NCBI GenBank assembly: GCA_964016885.1
Contig: OZ024742.1
Span: 211,730,001-211,794,000 of the forward strand
From: Eledone cirrhosa
Lineage: Eukaryota
Length of the DNA: 64,000 bases
Reading direction: 5' to 3'
Positions 25,336-37,666 of the stretch are shown here, piece by piece (the stretch's first letter is position 1; every line of letters starts with the position of its first letter). A program made the position numbers and the translations under genes. The notes under the pieces were generated by a model, which saw only the letters and a list, made by a program, of their open reading frames with translations, had not been told where the DNA came from and did no database searches.

Positions 25336-25712
25336 GGCGGTAAATTGGCAGTATCGGTAGAGGGTTGGACGCCATGCTTTCTAGCACAGTTACATCCCTT
25401 TACAGTCTGAGTTCAAATCCCGCCAAGGTTAACTTTGCCTTTCATCCTTACGGGGTCGATAAAATAAAGTACCAGTAATGTACTGGGTAATTGCTGGCCT
25501 TGTGCCTAAAGTAGAAACAATTATTGTTATTGGCAGTATCAGTAGAGAGTCGGACGCCATGCTTTGACGCATAGAGTTACGGCCCTTGCCATTCTGAGTT
25601 CAAATCCCGCCGAGGTTAACTTTGCCTTTCATCCTTACGGGGTCGATAAAATAAAGTACCAGTAATCCACTGGTGTAATTGTTGGCCTTGTGCCAAAGGT
25701 ACAAACAATTAT
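25336..25712 (+). mobile_element. Two tandem tRNA/Nin-like SINEs
   Basis: A-box tggcagtatcgg, B-box gagttcaaatcc and central gcctttcatccttacggggtcgataaa in both copies (25336-25522, 25531-25712). Confidence 0.88.
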
Positions 25713-25741
25713 TATTATAGTTGTTTTTAAGGCCTGATCGC

Positions 25742-26260
25742 TGGTGATGGTGGTGGATTGTGTCAGTGATGGTGGTGGATGGTGTCAGTGATTGTGATGG
25801 AGGTGGATGGTGCCAGTGATGGTGGTGTTGGTGGTGAATGGTGGTGGATGGTGTGAGTGATGGTGAAGGTGGTGATGGTGGTGGATGGTGTCAGTGATGG
25901 TGATGGTGGTGGTAGTGGGAAAGGTGGTGGATGGTGTCAGTGATGGTGGAGGATGGTGAGTGATGGTGGTAGTAAAGGTGGGGGATGGTATCAGTGATGG
26001 TGATGGTGGTGGATGATGACAGTGATGGTGGTGATGGTGGATGGTGCCAGTAATGGTGGTGAAGGTGGTGGATGGTGTCAGTGATGGTGTCAGTGATGGT
26101 GGTGGTGGATGATGTCAGTGATGGTGGTGGTGGTGAGGGTGTTGGATGGTGTCAGTATGGTGGTGGTGGTGGATGGTGTCACTGATGGTGGTGGCAGTTG
26201 TTGTTGCCGTTGTTGTTCATTTCACTGCTGCTGCCGACAATGGTTGTTGTTGTTGTAGTT
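25742..26260. repeat. (GGT/GAT)-rich degenerate minisatellite
   Basis: ggatggtgtcagtgatggtggt-like units. Confidence 0.9.
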
Positions 26261-26355
26261 GCTGGGTTGAAAATTTGAAATTTGTTCGCTTCGCGCGTGA
26301 TATATACACATACATATAATATAAGATCAAAAGATGGTTAAAAGAGTTCCAAGTA

Positions 26356-26420
26356 TTTTATTATGCGCATTTCAAAAACATATCATCATGGGATGATATC
26401 TGCGTTCTCATCAGATAAAA
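26356..26420 (-). ncRNA. Type-I hammerhead ribozyme
   Basis: Reverse complement reads TTTTAT-CTGATGA-GAACGCAGATATCATCCCATGATGATATGTTTTT-GAAA-TGCGCA-TA-ATAAAA. Confidence 0.85.
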
Positions 26421-26837
26421 TAGGGAGATATGATATGAAGCTTAAAAAACACTTGTATGAAGCTTAAAAAACACTTGTAAAAGGTAAGGAAGAGGAAGAA
26501 ATGAGAGTAAAGGATGGTGGGGGAGGAGTATAAGAAGGAAGGAATTATCTATTATCTTCCAACGGCTTTTTAATTTCTCTTTGAGACAATATATATATTT
26601 TTTCTCAGTTGTAAAGGCTATATCTCTCTCTCTCTATCACCCATCTCTCCCCCTCTCTCATCCTTCCTTCTTATACTCCTACCCCACCATCCTTTACTCT
26701 CATTTCTTCCTCTTCCTTAACTTTTCCAACCCCCGCCTCACTTTTTCCCAATCTCATACATCAATCTTAATTTATTTTTCATATGTTGATTTAAATCTTC
26801 ACTATTCACAAGTGTTTTTTAAGCTTCATATGTCTCC

Positions 26838-27201
26838 ATGAGATGGACTTCATAACAACACATCACCTGCTATTTCTTCCTTGCTGCGCCAACAGTGGCC
26901 AGCAAATCTGAGTCTCTGTCCGCGTATTGACCTGCTGATAGGTGGTATATTGCCATAGAGATCCTTATTTGCTCGGTGTTCCCTCCAAGACATGTTTAAA
27001 ACAGCGCGGAGCCCCGTCTAGCTTTTTCTCCAGTTTCGACGTGGAGCAAGAAACGCTGGTCGTCCCAAGAAGACATACGTCAAGCAACTCGAGGACGATA
27101 CTGGATGCACTGCGGAAGAACTGGCAAACGCTATGAGAGACAGAGATGGATGGAGGAAGCGTGTCGTAGAAAACCGAGCAAGCTCGACCTGATGATGATG
27201 A
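26838..27201 (+). mobile_element. RTE 3'-end fragment nested in the pLTR
   Basis: GRPKKTYVKQLEDDTG...AMRDRDGWRKRV*, (TGA)n tail, atgtctcc repeated on both sides as a probable TSD. Confidence 0.85.
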
Positions 27202-27216
27202 TATCATGTCTCCCTA

Positions 27217-27283
27217 TTTTATCTGATGAGAACGCAGATATCATCCCATGATGATATCTGTTTTTGAAATGCGCATAATAAAA
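27217..27283 (+). ncRNA. Type-I hammerhead ribozyme
   Basis: TTTTAT-CTGATGA-...CAGATATCATC ccat GATGATATCTG...-GAAA-TGCGCA-TA-ATAAAA. Confidence 0.9.
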
Positions 27284-27407
27284 TACTTGGAACTCTTTTA
27301 ACCATCTTTTGATCTTATATTATTTATACTCCAGTCCTACAAACTGTAGAGTGCTACTTATCCGATATTTGCATTGCTTTATTGTGCTACAATAAAACTC
27401 ACCTCCT

Positions 27408-27449
<42 letters not shown>

Positions 27450-27450
<1 letters not shown>

Positions 27451-30350
27451 AAATATTACTAAAACCATATTTATTTCATTATACATATTTCAAGGACACC
27501 AAAACAAATTATGGTGCGCTTTCATCAGATAAAATATAATATAGATCAGTTTTATAAACAAATATTGACATACCCTTAAAAGAATGCGACCATGTCTGTT
27601 GGAAGCTCCCGGATAGTGGGGTTACTAATTTTATTATTGGTCTATTATGCAAATTAGTGTCGGAGAGGTTTAAATCCCATACATTTAAATTAAACCGTTG
27701 GAATAAGGAGAAAAAGGAGAAAGAAAGAAAGAGAAAACCTAAAGAAGGAAAAGAAAAGAAAAGGAAAAGAAATAGGAAAAAAACAAAAGAGAGAAAACCC
27801 TAAGTATTAACGTAGTTTTATGAAATGATGAAGCGAAAAGATAAATATATAGTTGGATGAGTTAGCGTGAATAGATAAATAAATAAATAGCAGTAACCGG
27901 AGAAATTTATCTATTGTTTAAATTTGATTAAATTATTGAGATCTATAAAAGTTAAAATTAAAAATTGAGATCTATATTTTATTAAAAGTATACACACACA
28001 CATATATATATACACCAGCAAAAAATATTATTAAAATATATGTTATTATTACATAACCTTACATAAATTTATTATTAATCATCAACCAACAATTTATTAT
28101 TAAATTTTTAATTAACAATAAAACTTATAAGAAATGACAAAAATGTTTAAAATGTAGGAATGTTCAGAGATTTTTTGAAGAAAAACTCTTCTTAGTAATA
28201 GCAATACAGCGTGAGGGGAAATTAATTGATTTATTTGTAATTTAGATAGTTCTAATGATTAAATGTTATAAAAGTTAAGATGATAAAAAAATTAAGATTA
28301 TAAGAGAACCTTATATTATTTTATAGTAAGTTATAAAATTTATATATTTTATAGATCCACCTGTTATATAGTTGTGACTGTTAAAATATGAGTTTGTTTA
28401 CTATAACGTCTTAATATTTAAAGTTTTTCTTAAGAATATATCTAAAGCATAAACCGTAAAAAAACTTTTTTACACGAGTTCATTCATAGAATGCATTCAA
28501 AATTATACATTTCGATATATATAGACCCACATATACATAGACATACATGGATACGCACATATTCACGCACATATATATACATACATATACACACATACAT
28601 ATACATATATATATATATATACAAAATACATACTATAAAATAAAATAAAATAAAAATGTGAGTTATAATTTTAAAAGGAATTATATTTTTAAGCAATGTA
28701 ATTTTTAAGCAATGCAATTCCAAAATATATAGCTTTTTAAAAAATATATAAGAATACATAGAAAAAACACAGTATAAAATATGGATTATAACTTTTTATG
28801 TATCCATCAGAGGAATTAACCAAAAAAACCCTTTTTTAAAAAACTTTTAGTATGTTTATCTTAATTTTTTATATATCCATTTAAAATAAAAAAAATTTAA
28901 GTATGTCTATCTAGAAGAATTTTCAAGGAAAATGTTTTCCTCATTTAAGAGAGTTTTTGGCAGTCGTACGGAGGAATCTAGTGATTTATCGATAGGTGTA
29001 ATAAGATGAGTTATATATTACATTTTAAATTTATATTTAAACGTTGAATTCAATCTATGTTTGCAGCAACTGAAAAGATTGTTTCTTAGATTCACAGAAT
29101 TTTTGCCCTTTAATATAAAGAACATTTCCTCTATACAAAGAGCGCAATTTTCGGAAGTGGAATTGCATGGAGGAGCTTTGGAGATAATATTCCAAAGTAA
29201 AGAATAGTTAATGTTCTTTGATTTTAGATCCTATAGTAAGCTAGATAGAGAAGTTGAAGATTTTTTATTTATATTCGTAAAAGAGCATTTATGGTTATTA
29301 AAACGAGATTTGAAGTCTGTGGAAGTAGAACCTACATAATTAAATGAATTTAAATTAGTTTTTACATTACAATTATATACTATATTTTTAGCTAAACAAT
29401 TGTTATTTAACGGACAATTATATTTGTTTCTACAGTTACATTTATCAAAATTCAAGTTACTAGGAGCCGTGTTATTAAATTGGATATTGCTGGTGTTGTT
29501 AATGGTATTCTGGTTAGGTTTTAAGTTTCTATTATTAATTCTATTAATATTCTGCGCTAAATTACTGGTGGTTGAATAAGTTAATTTTATAGTATGTCTA
29601 TTAAATATTGAGTAATATCTGTGTTCTAGGGAAGCATTTGTCAAGAGCTTTAAAGAATAGTTTAGCTATAGGAGTTTTAATATTTAATGAGAAAGGAGGA
29701 GCGAACCATAATATATTCCTAGTTCTATTTCTTTTTTTGTTTATCGAATTATTATAAGGTTTTCTATTATAGTTGTTAAAATTATGGTTAGTTGTTATAT
29801 TATTATTATCATCAATGTATTTAATTTTATTACTATATCCAGCTCTACCCCACGCTTCGTTGTAATATTGCGCTTTATCATAAAAAATATTCTTATTAGC
29901 TGAAATTCTAGAAATGCGTTGCTGTACAGAATTTACTATAGTATTTTTAACGGATCTGGGGTGATTGGAGTTAAAATTAAGGTAGTTTAAGTTCTCGTTT
30001 AATTTGAGAAATGGATAATGAAGACATGTGTTAAGGTTTAAGGTTACATCTAGAAAGTTAAAGAAAAGAAATTATACAATTTTTTAATTACCTTAATTTT
30101 AAAGTAGAAATAGAGAATAATTATAAAATTCTCTATTTCTACTTTAAGATTAAGGTAATTAAAAAATTGTATAATTTCTTTTCTTTTCCTATTTAATTCA
30201 CAGTTATTATTTTCGATAAGTAAAAGCATATCGTCGCGATATAAACCTCCGGTCATCTCCGGTATTTTTCTGTGTAGAGTATTATTTATAAAAAGCCCCA
30301 CAAGATCCGTTACCTGGGCGGAATCCAATGATCCCATAGTGACATCGAAA
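27450..30350 (-). mobile_element. Decayed 5'-truncated PLE (paralogous to PLE2)
   Basis: FDVTMGSLDS, GGLYRDD, CNCRNKYNCPL and IVYNC...YVGST...RFNNH in ORFs 30050-30373 and 29231-29644; pLTR with hammerhead at the left end. Confidence 0.9.
27474..27534 (-). ncRNA. Type-I hammerhead ribozyme
   Basis: Reverse complement reads TTTTAT-CTGATGA-AAGCGCACCA..TGGTGTCCTT-GAAA-TATGTA-TA-ATGAAA. Confidence 0.8.
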
Positions 30351-30966
30351 TATATATATACATACATACACATCTATATATACATACATACACACACATT
30401 CAACACAGACAATGGTGTTGTTGCTGTTGTTGTTGTCGCTGTTGTTGCTGGTGTTGCTATTGTTGTTGTAGTTGTTGCTGTGTTGAAATCTGGTCGCATC
30501 CACTGAGATATATATATACACATACATATATATAAATATATATATACACATACATACATCAAAGGAGTTAGCAGTTTGTCAACAGGACAGCCACCTTAGA
30601 TAGGGTAATAAGTTATGTAGTAGTGGTGGGGAGCGAGTGTAGACCTTATTGTGGTGGAGGGGGGGGGGGGGGGGGGGGCAGTGAGATGTACAAGTTCACT
30701 TGTCCCTTTTTTTCCCTTCAAAATTTGAATTTATGGCCTTTTGCAATGGCGGACAAGCGAGCGTAAAATGTAAAATTTTTTAAATAGAGATTGCTCTGGA
30801 AGAATATATGGAATATTTCTGTAGCTTCCACAGCTTTTGTCAGAACATTCCCGGCGTCCAATGAGCAAAAATATTTGTTGTATTTTGGTCTTTCAGAATA
30901 CGAAAATTAGTAAAAACTTACCCCCCACGAAAAACCGTGTGTTGTCCTATCTATGAGCTCCCTCTG

Positions 30967-31090
30967 GTGTGCCAACATTAAGTGTTGCAACTCTGAGATG
31001 CGACGTCTTCATATTTTGTTGTTCCTATCTTACTTGTTGCTGTGCTGATAAATCGTTTTGGCATTGATACACTCTGTTTGATGCCCTCCC
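30967..31090 (-). mobile_element. Isolated 5' fragment of the RTE family at 12845-16050
   Basis: Near-identical to ~15856-15975 (5' UTR + MKTSHLRVATLNVGT). Confidence 0.85.
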
Positions 31091-31657
31091 TCTGTGTATA
31101 TATTTTTTCCTCATTTCGTGGGTTGTCTCCCCTTCCCGCTTCGTGTCGCTATGATAATTCCTCAGTCAAAAACTGCTGGAATTTCAAATTTAGCGGTCAT
31201 TCGAGGTGAGAGAGACCAACTTTACGGACATGATTTTTGACAGCGGTAAGCAATTGTTTTCTTATATCAATGTTTAATGGGCTTCCACTGACGATTTATA
31301 AGTGCCCACCTAAATATATTCTTACATGAATATATATTAGGCTTCTACATAAACTGGAAACATTCTCTCAAACTTGTAGAAAACTTATAATGAAACAATT
31401 GTTTGGAAAGAGAGATATACTTTAACTTTAATTATATCTCATAAAATAATACAACTGGTTTTTCCACATTATACATATTGTTAGCACCCCAAACACTTAA
31501 ATTGGGTTTATATTTTTATATAACCTAATGTTTGTTGAGTGAGATGGTTACCAGTCAGAGTTTAGCTTTAAACTATCTCTGTTATTGTATTAAATATATA
31601 TATATATATATATACGATATTAAATAAATGGAAACTATATTTATAAAACCATATTTA

Positions 31658-31719
31658 TTTCATTATATATATTTCAGGGATATCATATTAACAACATGCT
31701 ATGCCTTCCTCAGACAAAA
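31658..31719 (-). ncRNA. Type-I hammerhead ribozyme
   Basis: Reverse complement of 32940-33001 with one stem-II change. Confidence 0.78.
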
Positions 31720-32939
31720 TACAATATAGACAGTTTTATAGATAAATAGATTTGACATACCGTACAACATCGACTTGTATTTGAAAAGTTGAATTGGCAG
31801 TGAAAAAATTGTAAACAGAAAGAAAGAAAGAGAGAAAAAAGGAAAGAAAGACAGAAAACGAAGAAAAAGAAGATAAATAATTTTTAGCTTTATCTGTTTT
31901 CGACTCTGATGCTTGTGGTGAACTTGGCAATGTATTGTCAATTAATTTTGAAGGGTTGATCTTTGTGGTTTATTTTTATTATTGTAGTATTTTCTAATAT
32001 TTTTATTTTTAATATGTAATATTTTTAATATGTAATATTTTTTCGTAATATTTTTTAGTTTTCTATTTTATTATTATTTATTATTATTATTATTGTTATT
32101 TTTTTGGTTTTTGTTTTTGATATATTTTTTTATTAATATATTGAAATCTGCTCTCTATTTCTGCTTGATAGATAATCATGTAGAGTAAAGACAAGAATAG
32201 TAGTAATATAGACTCTATATATATATGTGTATATATATACACATATATGTATACTTAAATTTTTATAGCACAATGAGAATGTTTTCCGTGTGAACTTAGG
32301 GTTTGCAGAGTTGATCATGTAAATTCACATCGATGTTTGTAGTTATCATATAAACATATGAATTTTAAAACTAAACATAAGATCATTACTTTTCACACAT
32401 TATGGATACGTGTCTCATTCAGGAATACTGATATTTACAATATAGTGCCTGATTTTTATACATACTAATACTTCTACATTAAAACATAGGGTTTTTATGC
32501 CTCGCCTATGTCTGGTTACTTTTCATTTTTCTCTCTATATAACAGCTGGTTTCTCTCCTAACCACATATATCTCCCTTACATTAATACTAGAGCTAAATA
32601 AATAAATAAATAAATAAATGTATCATTGATACGTTTACTCAACGGATGTCCAACTACCTATTTCTCTCTATATATATCTATCTCTATCTATTTCCTCTCT
32701 CTATATATATCTCTCTCTGTTTCTTTACATGAAGTTCTTCTCTTTATCTATCTTTCCATCTCTCTATTTTGTTCCATGCATTTCTTCTTTTTTTTTTTTT
32801 TTTCTGTCTTTCTTTCCTTTTTTCTCTCTTTCTTTCTTTCTGTTTACAATTTTTTTCACTGCCAATTCAACTTTTCAAATACAAGTCGATGTTGTACAGT
32901 ATGTCAAATCTATTTATCTATAAAACTGTCTATATTGTA

Positions 32940-33001
32940 TTTTGTCTGAGGAAGGCATAGCATATTGTTAATATGATATCCCTGAAATATATATAATGAA
33001 A
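32940..33001 (+). ncRNA. Type-I hammerhead ribozyme
   Basis: TTTTGT-CTGAGGA-AGG..CATATT gtt AATATG..CCT-GAAA-TATATA-TA-ATGAAA. Confidence 0.8.
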
Positions 33002-33130
33002 TAAATATGGTTTTATAAATATAGTTTCCATTTATTTAATATCGTATATATACTCCAAATACTTGTCGAGTGTTTTTATATCAGTTATAAATATTTACTA
33101 GTTGTAACCCAACAATTTAAATATAACTTT

Positions 33131-33185
<55 letters not shown>

Positions 33186-33691
33186 CATTGTTGCAGATTC
33201 CACCACCTTCTCCACTAATTTATTTGACAGGTGTCAATGACCCATTGATACAAACAATTCTTTGGCCAGCGCCTGACAATACAGCCACTCAATGAAACCT
33301 CTTTATTTACTTATAATAAATAGACTTTAAAAGGATTATGTGGGTGTTTGTATATATGAGTGTCTATAGGTATTTAAGTATGAATGTGAATATTGCCTTT
33401 TACTGTGTCATTGTATTAAAGTGTATATTTCTAAAAATAGTTTTTCAAAGAACCCCCGTTCTTTAAAATCCCCCAGCCAATGACCTCTAACCATCCTCAC
33501 AATCACCACCTTCCTCAACCACCAGAAAACATACAAATACCACCTTATTACAATGACAGTTGGCTTTCCTGATGTTTTCCTTCAAATGAAACAGTTGTAG
33601 TCCTGTAGAAGCCATTTCTATATTAAATTTATTGTTTACACTCTACTATGTATTGAGTACCTTACTTACTGTGGTTACACCCCATTGGACT

Positions 33692-33733
<42 letters not shown>

Positions 33734-34487
33734 TGAAGATATTATAGAGCAAACAAATATATTATTTACAATGAAAATTAGAAACAATTGACTAGACTAT
33801 ATTGCTTTATATTTTTTTGAATAAACAAAATCATCATCAACAACAACAAGTTTTAACATCTGTTTTTCCATGCTTTCATGGGTTGGATGGGTCTTTTCAA
33901 CACAGTATTTTTTCAAATATATAAAAAAATGCAAAAAATCCTACATTCCATTCATTTAATTTCTCTTATTAGATCCATTGAGACAGGTAAGGTTTTTAAT
34001 GTTATTTGGCATGTGTGTGTAACATTGTGAGAGTAATCTCTCTCTCATTCACATACACACACTCACAGACACACATACACACACATACACACACACACAC
34101 ACACATACACACTCACACATACATACACATTCACACAGATGCACAAAGATAGTAAAATATACTGACAAGTTTTCTTTCATTGTCAGAATATATAAAAAAA
34201 AATAAAGTAAAATAAATGAGTGAGCATTTTTCAACATAAACACACACTTACTCATACACACTTACACACATGCACACACACATTCGCACACACACATGTA
34301 CACAAAGTCTCAAACACTCACACTAAAAAATAAATGAAAATGATAATGAATTGCTATATGTTCATTAAGTTGTGATGTGTATTGCAAAGGAACGTGTTGG
34401 TCTTTGTACAAAAACACAATAACCATAACATATGCACACATAAACACACACATTCACCACCAGAAAACATACAAATACCACCTTAAT

Positions 34488-34876
34488 GGAGGCACATGGC
34501 TTAGTGGTTAGAGCATTGGCCTTGCAATCGAAAGGTTGTGAGTTCAATTCTCAGACCGGGTGATGTGTTGTTTCCTTGAGCAAGACACTTTATTTCACAT
34601 TGCTCCAGTTTACTCAGCTGTATAAATGAGATGATAGGACTGGGGTCCTTATCATTCCACTGCAAAGTGGTCGTGGAGGTTCCACGGCAAAAAAACACCC
34701 AGCACTCACTGTAAAGTGGTCGTGGGGGTGCGATGGCAAAAAAGCACCCAGCACTCACTGTAAATGAGGTTGGTGTTAGGAAGGGCATCCAGCTGTAGAA
34801 ATCAAGCCAGAATCAGTTCCCGTCCCACCCTTGCAAGCAGGGAAAAGCGGACGTAAAATGATGATGATGATGATGA
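34488..34876 (+). mobile_element. tRNA-headed SINE with RTE-derived bipartite tail
   Basis: A-box TGGCTTAGTGG, B-box GAGTTCAATTC, central ccttgagcaagacacttt domain, ttaggaagggcatccagc motif; 3' end matches RTE at 12845. Confidence 0.88.
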
Positions 34877-35234
34877 TTCACACACATAAACAGACACTCA
34901 GGCACACATTTACACCTGCAAACAGACACACACATATTCATACACATGTACACACACCCACATTCAAACTTACACATACACACACATGGGTTTATGTTAG
35001 CAAGTATATTTTCTTGCAATATACCTTTAGAATAACGACAAATTAACACCTAAAAGGCTCCCCTCTGAGGCATAAGCCTGACCCAAGTAATTTTGTGGAA
35101 GACCATGCATACCAGTCTCTCCTCTCCACAATGATGTTGTCCAAGAGAAAGGCAAACATTGAGACAACTTGGCATCAGTGACATTGTAACTCATTTTACA
35201 GTTGAGTGAACTGGAGCAACATGAAATAAGTTTC

Positions 35235-37140
35235 AAGGACGGCAAGGAATTGCCCAGAGATCCGAAGGAAATCCTGATCAGGTGGCATGAAGCTGGCAAT
35301 GGCTGATCATCCTTCATTTAATGAGGTGGCGAAGGCCATTGCCAAATTAAACAGTGGCATATCACCTGGAATGGATGAACTGAGTGCTGAGATCTTCAAG
35401 TGTGCTGGTGATAACTTCTTAAACTGCCTCACTGATCTCTTTGTGAATGTTTGGAATGAAGAAGATGTACCACAGGACTGGAAAGATGCATTGATGGTGG
35501 TACTTTACAAAGGAATGGGAGCCAAAGATGACTGTGGTAACTACAGAGGTATTTCACTGCTATCTGTGGCTGGGAAGATCTTGTGCAGGATTTTGTTGGA
35601 CAGATTGATACAGCACATTGTTGTTGAGGTACTTCCTGAGTCCCAATGTGGCTTTAGGAATGGCAGAGGCACTGTTGACATGATCTTCTCGGCCAAACAA
35701 CTTCAAGAGAAATGCATTGAACAGCACATGGACTTATAACAAGTTTTTGTCGATCTGACCAAGGCATTTGACACCGTAAATCGGAAGGCTTTGTGGGTTA
35801 TTTTGGAGACATTGGGCCATCCTGAAAAGTTTGTGAACATACTGAAGCTGTTCCATGATGACATGCAGGCATGGGTAAATATTGGAGGTAAACTGTCAAT
35901 CTTGGTTGAAAATGGTGTCAAGAAAGGTGATATACTTGCCTTGTATTTCGCAATGGTGTTCTTCGTGGCCTTCACGGATTGTCAACATGGGATCTATCTC
36001 AGATATCGCACTTCCAGCAAGCTGTTTAATGTCTCACTGCCAACACTAAGGTACTGAGTAGTACCTTGATCAGAAAATTTCTGTATGCAGATGATTGTGA
36101 TTTCTTGGCATACTCCCAGAGTGACATGCAGTACGTTAAGGATTCTTTTTCCAATGCGTGCAGTGCTTTGGGACTAACAATCAGTCTGAGGAACACTGTC
36201 GTCATGTACCAACCTGCTACGGATAAAGTTTTCAATGAATCCTCCATATATGTATACGTTCAAAAGTTGAAGGTTGTTGACAGATTTGTGTATTTGGGAA
36301 GTACTCTGAATGTGAACTGCAGAATTTGGTCTACATGTTAGTAAGGCAAGTGAGTCATTTGGAAGGCTCAGTGACCATCCTTGGTGCAGGCGAGGAATCA
36401 CAATGAAGACCAAGGTGAGAGTGTATGCTGCATGTGTACTGTCAGCTTTGCTGTATGCATGTGAGACATGGGTTGCCTACAAATGGCATATTCAAAGACT
36501 GGACCGATTTCACCAGTAGTGTCTCAGAAAGATGATTGGTATCAAGTGACAGATGCATGTGAGTGATGTTGAGGTCCTTGAGAGAAGTGAATGTCGGAGC
36601 ATTGAGAGTATCATCCACCAACAGCATTTGCGATGGACCGGACACCTCTGCAGAATGGAGGATGATCGAATACCAAAACAACTCTTGTATGGCAAGCTTT
36701 GTAAGGATAAGAGACCACCTCACAAGCCAAGGCTCCAATTCAAGGATTGTGTAAAGGACTTATTGAAAAAAACTGGTTTGATGATGGCTGACTGGGACAT
36801 AGAGGGTCTTGAAAGAGAAACTTAGCATGCAATGGTGAATGATGGGGATCCATAATTTAGCGAACAGACGCATAGAACACGAGAAAATCAAACGGGATGT
36901 GTGTAAGCAATGCCCTGGTGTATCTCTCGAAACGATCAATGTCTCCATTGAATTGAAGTGCCCAGAATGTAGAAAAATTTGCTTGAGCAAATCTGGTCGC
37001 TGGAGCCACAGTCGCAGCCATGTTCAAAGTGAACCAGTGAACTATCATCTCCATTGTATTATGAAGATTCACAGGCAACCTGATGTAAGATCTGAGGCCA
37101 GAGAGATCCATAGTTGTCGTCAATGTGAGAAGGAGTGCAA
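35235..37140 (+). mobile_element. Decayed BovB-like RTE LINE with C-terminal C2H2 finger(s)
   Basis: NYRGISLLSVAGKIL, LPESQCGFR, YADDCD, LRWTGHLCRMEDDRIPKQLLYG and CPECRKICLSKSGRWSHSRSH. Confidence 0.92.
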
Positions 37141-37425
37141 GCTATATCTGAGCGTCATACATCTGAATCTGACAAGCGATTGCAATACTCTTAGCAGAGT
37201 TTGCAGCCTCCATATATTATATATATATATATAAAACAGAGTTTTGTAGCTTGCTTGAAGCATTGTTGAATAGGAAACACAAATTTAAATAATTTTGAAA
37301 ACCAAACAATGCATTAGAAAGAAATTAAATCGCTAAATTTGCTAAAGTAAGACTCTTTTGTTATCTTAGTAATTTAATTTTCTTTCTAATGGTTTTCAAA
37401 ATTATGTAAATATATATATATATAT

Positions 37426-37541
37426 ATAGGAAAATATTCAAGACCCCGACGGCAGAGCTCAAGCCGTTTCGACGGCTATTTCTGAAATAGTCATCAAAAC
37501 AGCTTGAGCTCTGCCGTCGAGGGTCTTGAACATTTTCCTAT
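37426..37541. repeat. 116-nt near-perfect GC-rich hairpin
   Basis: ataggaaaatattcaagacccc...ctatttc / gaaatag...gggtcttgaacattttcctat with about 6 differences. Confidence 0.9.
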
Positions 37542-37666
37542 TACCCACTCTACTACCCTAAGTATTGAGTACTCTGGTGCGTTATGGTCCACCTGGTTCC
37601 TTACCACACTTCCTCGATTTTCAGCCCCATGGATTTTATCTATTACATTCACGTATTATATTTCGA

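Larger units (their letters stand above)
26316..27410 (+). mobile_element. ORF-less pLTR-only PLE derivative related to PLE2 (inverted arm + direct arm)
   Basis: Same gatcttatattat and cctcctaca ends as PLE2; inverted arm ~26316-26545; interrupted by an RTE fragment. Confidence 0.85.
31611..33132 (+). mobile_element. ORF-less PLE derivative with ~260-bp inverted pLTR arms
   Basis: 31611-31870 is a near-perfect reverse complement of ~32790-33050; both arms contain a hammerhead; flanked by (TA)n. Confidence 0.85.

Noticed and set aside
30659-30678. Long poly-G run as a functional G-quadruplex
   Set aside because: Simple homopolymer of unreliable length with no supporting context.
30916-30966. 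Minus-strand gtaagt donor as a possible upstream SLC7 exon
   Set aside because: The upstream sequence is RTE-derived and shows no transporter similarity.
31285-31360. CTGACGA motif as another hammerhead
   Set aside because: No stem II followed by GAAA and no closing stem I.
34488-34560. tRNA gene
   Set aside because: A and B boxes are present, but it runs into a SINE body with no clean acceptor stem or terminator.
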